A stretch of DNA of 21,529 nt from a bacterium (GTDB lineage Bacteria; CLD3; SB21). Below are positions 16,097 through 21,529 of this stretch, piece after piece. A model generated the notes under the pieces. It worked only from the letters and a program-made list of their open reading frames with translations. It was not told the DNA's origin and did no database searches. The stretch is taken from the NCBI GenBank assembly GCA_013360215.1, contig JABWCP010000012.1, positions 62,001 through 83,529 of the forward strand. The letters run 5' to 3'. Position 1 is the stretch's first letter; each line of letters opens with the position of its first letter. The position numbers and the translations under genes are program-made.

Positions 16097-16125
16097 ATTA
16101 TAATAACACATGCATGGTTTGTCAA
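16097..16125 (-). promoter_or_regulatory. Perfect consensus sigma70 promoter driving the acidic ORF
   Basis: Minus strand reads TTGACA (16125-16120), a 17-nt spacer, then TATAAT (16102-16097). Confidence 0.88.
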
Positions 16126-16133
16126 GGTCAAAC

Positions 16134-16655
16134 TCATTTTTTTTCAATCCCCGGCGGATTCATGATATATCGCACCACCGCATCGGCTACGGATTGGGCA
16201 GTGAACCCGTCCGTATCAAAGCTCCGATCAGCTGTCCGGTATCCTTCCTCCCGTGCCTCCATAAGTCTATCCAAGCGATCCGCGTCCCATAAAGGACGGT
16301 TACCATCGCGTCCGATACGACGGATGATTTCCGCATGCGAAACCGCTAAATGAATCAACGCACCGGAGTTCTTGACCAAAACTTGATTTTCTCGGCGTAG
16401 TAACGCTCCACCTCCCAACGCAAAAATACCCTGATGGTAATTTTGTACCGTTTCCTTGAGGCAGACGGTTTCAGCGTCACGAAAGTACGTTTCGCCGAAA
16501 TCGGCAAACAAATCGGAGACGGTGCGGCCCGTTTTTTTTTCGATGATATGATCTGTATCAAAAAACGGAAAATTCATCCGCTGCGCTACGAATGCGCCGA
16601 CCGTCGTTTTGCCGGAACCCATAAATCCGCATATAAATATCCGACGGGTATTCAT
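16134..16655 (-). CDS. aroK: Shikimate kinase
   Basis: Walker A GFMGSGKTTVG, DTD, GETYFRDAE, ALGGG and RPL motifs. ATGA overlap with the upstream EamA gene. Confidence 0.93.
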   Translation of the reverse strand: MNTRRIFICGFMGSGKTTVGAFVAQRMNFPFFDTDHIIEKKTGRTVSDLFADFGETYFRDAETVCLKETVQNYHQGIFALGGGALLRRENQVLVKNSGALIHLAVSHAEIIRRIGRDGNRPLWDADRLDRLMEAREEGYRTADRSFDTDGFTAQSVADAVVRYIMNPPGIEKK

Positions 16656-17599
16656 GCGCGTTCTTTGTTAAAAAAAGTATTAACCAGCATAGCCGCAACG
16701 ATCAGATTGGCGCCGATGATAGCCCAAAAGCCGGGCACCTCACCGGTTCCCAAAAAAGTCCAGATCGGATTGAGAATAGGCTCTAATATCGTGTATATGG
16801 CGATTTCAACACTGGATATATATTTGGCGCCGGCAGCAAAAAACAGATAACCGCACCCCAGCTGAAATATGCCCAAGATCAAAAGGCCTATGATATCGGA
16901 TGTCGTAATGGTAAATTGTGTACCGAAAATCGGTGCCAATGCATCCGGCATCGTAACGGCATGCATCAAAAACATGGCCGATACAAAACCCATCATGACG
17001 GTCACCAGATTACCGATGACAATTGCAAATATCGAACGTAAATGATGTTGATCGGCTGTGAGGGTTTCGGCCGTCCCGGCTTCGGAACGTTTGACGTAAA
17101 TCTGCAAAAACGCAAACGCAACACCCGAAAGAATGGCTATCATATTGCCGGCAAAAGCGGTTGATTTTTCCTCCTCCAAAAAGAAAAGCACCATCCCGCC
17201 GAGGCAAATAACCACCGTTAGAATTTCCGCCCGGTATATTTTTTCTTTTAAAAAAAAGTATGTGATCAGTATGACAAAAACCGGCGAGGTATATTGCATG
17301 AACACGGCATTGGCCGCCGTGGTCATTTTATTAGCCGTGACAAACAGTGAAACAGTAAAAAAATAAAAAATGGCCGTGATCAATCCGTGCCGGTTGACCG
17401 AAAAATCAAAATCAATATCCCGGGCATGACGGCGATACAAGATGTAACCTAACAAAAAAATACCCGCAATCAGCGAACGATACATCGCGATATGGACCGG
17501 CGGCAGATTGACTAATTTGATAAATAAACCCGCGCTGCTCCAACACACGGCGGACAAACAAATAAAAATAACGCCTTTGAAATACGCTGAACGCGCCAT
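16652..17599 (-). CDS. EamA/DMT-family transporter
   Basis: About 10 hydrophobic segments in two repeats. WSSAGLFIK, TTAANAVFMQYTSPVF, LKEKI and LEPILNPIW--L--GEVP motifs. Confidence 0.9.
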   Translation of the reverse strand: MARSAYFKGVIFICLSAVCWSSAGLFIKLVNLPPVHIAMYRSLIAGIFLLGYILYRRHARDIDFDFSVNRHGLITAIFYFFTVSLFVTANKMTTAANAVFMQYTSPVFVILITYFFLKEKIYRAEILTVVICLGGMVLFFLEEEKSTAFAGNMIAILSGVAFAFLQIYVKRSEAGTAETLTADQHHLRSIFAIVIGNLVTVMMGFVSAMFLMHAVTMPDALAPIFGTQFTITTSDIIGLLILGIFQLGCGYLFFAAGAKYISSVEIAIYTILEPILNPIWTFLGTGEVPGFWAIIGANLIVAAMLVNTFFNKERA

Positions 17600-17733
17600 A
17601 GATAATTCCGATTTTGATTTTGGGGAATATAAAGCATTCCTTGTGATTCACAACGGTAAATTGCGCTACCGGTTTTTCGCTAAATATCTTTGTGGTAATC
17701 TGTTTTTAGTCCTTTGACGTAAGGAAAATAAAT

Positions 17734-17762
17734 TTGACAAAAACGGGGCTTTCACATATATT
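17734..17762 (+). promoter_or_regulatory. Sigma70-type promoter for gatC
   Basis: TTGACA (17734-17739), a 17-nt spacer, then TATATT (17757-17762), 28 nt upstream of the gatC ATG. Confidence 0.75.
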
Positions 17763-17790
17763 GCCCGCGTTAAAAAAAAGAGCGCAACCT

Positions 17791-18078
17791 ATGCCGGTTA
17801 CACGTACCGATGTCGAAAAAATAGCTTCCCTTGCGCATTTGGAATTTTCCGATGCGGACTTGGAAAAATTCACCGGCCAGCTCAATCAGATACTGACGTA
17901 TGTGGAGCAGCTCAATACCGTGGATACGACGGATGTGGAGCCCACCTACCATCCGATCACCTACCCGGATGTATTTCGTGAAGATCAGGTAGCCGAGAGC
18001 CTCCCGGTGGATAAGGTTCTCGCTAACGCACCGGATAAAACCTGGCAGTATATCGCGGTGCCGAAAGTTGTCGGCTAA
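17791..18078 (+). CDS. gatC: Asp-tRNA(Asn)/Glu-tRNA(Gln) amidotransferase subunit C (95 aa)
   Basis: DVEKIASLAHL, QLNQILTYVEQLN-VDT-DVEPT, FRED, LANAP and VPKV motifs. ATG at 17791 preferred, because the TTG at 17734 is the -35 box. Confidence 0.93.
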   Translation: MPVTRTDVEKIASLAHLEFSDADLEKFTGQLNQILTYVEQLNTVDTTDVEPTYHPITYPDVFREDQVAESLPVDKVLANAPDKTWQYIAVPKVVG

Positions 18079-18083
18079 AAACC

Positions 18084-18114
18084 AAAAGAGACACGGAAGC
18101 GTGTCTCTTTTTTT
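18084..18114 (+). terminator. Intrinsic terminator after gatC
   Basis: AAAAGAGACACG-gaag-CGTGTCTCTTTT inverted repeat ending in a T7 tract. Confidence 0.85.
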
Positions 18115-18147
18115 ATAATTACCTTTCATCATTAAGTTTCCCTTTAA

Positions 18148-19791
<1,644 letters not shown>

Positions 19792-19800
19792 TCCGCAGCG

Positions 19801-21411
19801 ATGCCGTCGTCATACACATCCGATTTCCTTGTTATCGGCACAGGCATTGCCGGATATTCTTGTGCGCTGAAATTGGCTGAACTGGGAACGGTCGCCGTCA
19901 TCACCAAAAAAAATCATCGCGAAAGTAATACCAATTACGCACAGGGCGGCATTGCCAGTGTTATTGATCCTGACGACAGTTTTGACGCACATGTACGTGA
20001 TACCCTCAATGCCGGCGCCGGTTTGTGCCATCGGGATGCGGTCGAGCTGATCGTTCGCCAGGGCCCCTCTGCGATTGACGAATTGATACGTATCGGTGTC
20101 GAATTTACACGCCACGACGACCGCCTCGATCTCGGCAAAGAAGGCGGACACAGCACACATCGTATCGTCCATGCTAAAGATCTGACCGGCCGCGAGATCG
20201 AACGTGCCCTGATCGAAGCCGTGAAACGCCACCCCAATATTCAAGTATTCGAAGATCATATCGCCGTCGAAGTCATCACCGAACATCACCTTCTTAAAAA
20301 ACTCACGGCGTATGCCAATATTCACTGCTACGGCGCATATGCGCTCGACATTCCCAACAATATTGTCAAAAAATTTATCGCCAAGGTAACCATCCTTGCG
20401 TCCGGCGGTTGCGGTCAGGTGTACAAACACACGACGAATCCGAAAATTGCCACCGGCGACGGCATTGCAATGGCGTATCGGGCGGGCGCACGCGTAGGTA
20501 ATTTGGAATTCATGCAGTTTCATCCGACCTCACTGTATCATCCCGACGGAGAATCCTTTCTCATCAGTGAAGCGGTACGCGGTTTCGGCGCCTATCTTAT
20601 CAATCATGCCGGCGAACGTTTTATGGAACGTTATTCGCCCATGAAAGAATTGGCGCCGCGTGATATAGTGGCCCGTGCGATTGACGCCGAAATGAAAAAA
20701 CGCGGCGAGCCATGTGTATATCTGGATTTGCGGCATATCGAAGCGCATAAAACGCTGGAACATTTTCCCAACATTTCCCGCCGCTGTGCCGAACTTAATA
20801 TTGATATGACACGCGAACCTATCCCAGTGGTACCGGCCGCACACTATATGTGCGGCGGCGTGGTGACGGATTTGCACGGCCGAACTAATATCCATCATCT
20901 TTATGCCTGCGGTGAAGTGGCGATGACCGGCGTACACGGTGCCAATCGTCTTGCCAGCAACTCCCTGCTCGAAGCGGTCGTTTTCGCACATCGGGTAGCC
21001 GATCATATTCGCACCGCATCGGACGATATCGAACACAAGATACCTGAATTCCCGGATTGGGATGACAGTGGTACTTTTGACACGGAAGAATGGGTACTGA
21101 TCGCACACAATCGCGCCGAAATACAGGAAATCATGTGGAACTATGTAGGCATCGTGCGCTCCAATCTCCGTCTGGAACGGGCCGAGCGCCGTATCGGCAT
21201 GATCGTCGAAGAAACGGAGAATTTTTACAAAAAAACCAAAGTTACGGAAGAGTTGCTGGAACTGCGTAATTTAGCCAAACTGGCGCGCCTGATCATTCGC
21301 TGCGCCAAATCCCGCCACGAAAGCCGCGGCTTGCACTATACGACCGACTATCCCGAAAAAGACGATCACCGCTGGCTGAAAGATACTATCACCAGCACAT
21401 TTGACGCGTAG
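19801..21411 (+). CDS. nadB: L-aspartate oxidase
   Basis: FAD-binding [75 protein letters not shown] and ESRGLHY motifs. Confidence 0.97.
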   Translation: MPSSYTSDFLVIGTGIAGYSCALKLAELGTVAVITKKNHRESNTNYAQGGIASVIDPDDSFDAHVRDTLNAGAGLCHRDAVELIVRQGPSAIDELIRIGVEFTRHDDRLDLGKEGGHSTHRIVHAKDLTGREIERALIEAVKRHPNIQVFEDHIAVEVITEHHLLKKLTAYANIHCYGAYALDIPNNIVKKFIAKVTILASGGCGQVYKHTTNPKIATGDGIAMAYRAGARVGNLEFMQFHPTSLYHPDGESFLISEAVRGFGAYLINHAGERFMERYSPMKELAPRDIVARAIDAEMKKRGEPCVYLDLRHIEAHKTLEHFPNISRRCAELNIDMTREPIPVVPAAHYMCGGVVTDLHGRTNIHHLYACGEVAMTGVHGANRLASNSLLEAVVFAHRVADHIRTASDDIEHKIPEFPDWDDSGTFDTEEWVLIAHNRAEIQEIMWNYVGIVRSNLRLERAERRIGMIVEETENFYKKTKVTEELLELRNLAKLARLIIRCAKSRHESRGLHYTTDYPEKDDHRWLKDTITSTFDA

Positions 21412-21482
21412 CGAATAGAATCGTCCGTACTGTGTCGTCCTAGAAAAAGTACACAGTTTTTTAGTTAGTGATTTATTCCGTT

Positions 21483-21515
21483 AAATCGGTGTAGGCATGC
21501 CTACACCGATTTTTT
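21483..21515 (+). terminator. Probable intrinsic terminator after nadB (perfect 30-bp palindrome)
   Basis: AAATCGGTGTAGGCA|TGCCTACACCGATTT (21483-21512), ending in a T6 tract. Confidence 0.75.
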
Positions 21516-21529
21516 GTCCATAAAATTCT

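Overview
Gene-dense bacterial chromosomal window. I see no mobile-element genes, RNA genes or CRISPR array. Sigma70-type TTGACA/TATAAT promoters and GGAG Shine-Dalgarno sites are used. Left to right: (1) the 3' part of a tightly coupled sulfur-respiration operon: molybdopterin PsrA/PhsA-type subunit (truncated by the window), 4Fe-4S PsrB/NrfC, NrfD/PsrC membrane anchor, two YeeE/YedE half-transporters and a membrane-anchored rhodanese whose only Cys is its last residue; (2) a Na/Pi cotransporter with an extra signal peptide and Ig-like N-terminal domain; (3) on the minus strand, a 1750-aa multi-PAS/GAF hybrid histidine kinase followed by a REC-DUF4388-ODP (di-iron, MBL-fold) protein, together a candidate redox/O2 signalling pair; (4) a TPR plus TolB-like propeller protein; (5) an 80-aa, very acidic orphan with a perfect consensus promoter, strong RBS and its own terminator; (6) housekeeping genes: EamA transporter, aroK, gatC, pyrG and nadB. 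All family calls come from motifs recognised by eye, not from database searches.
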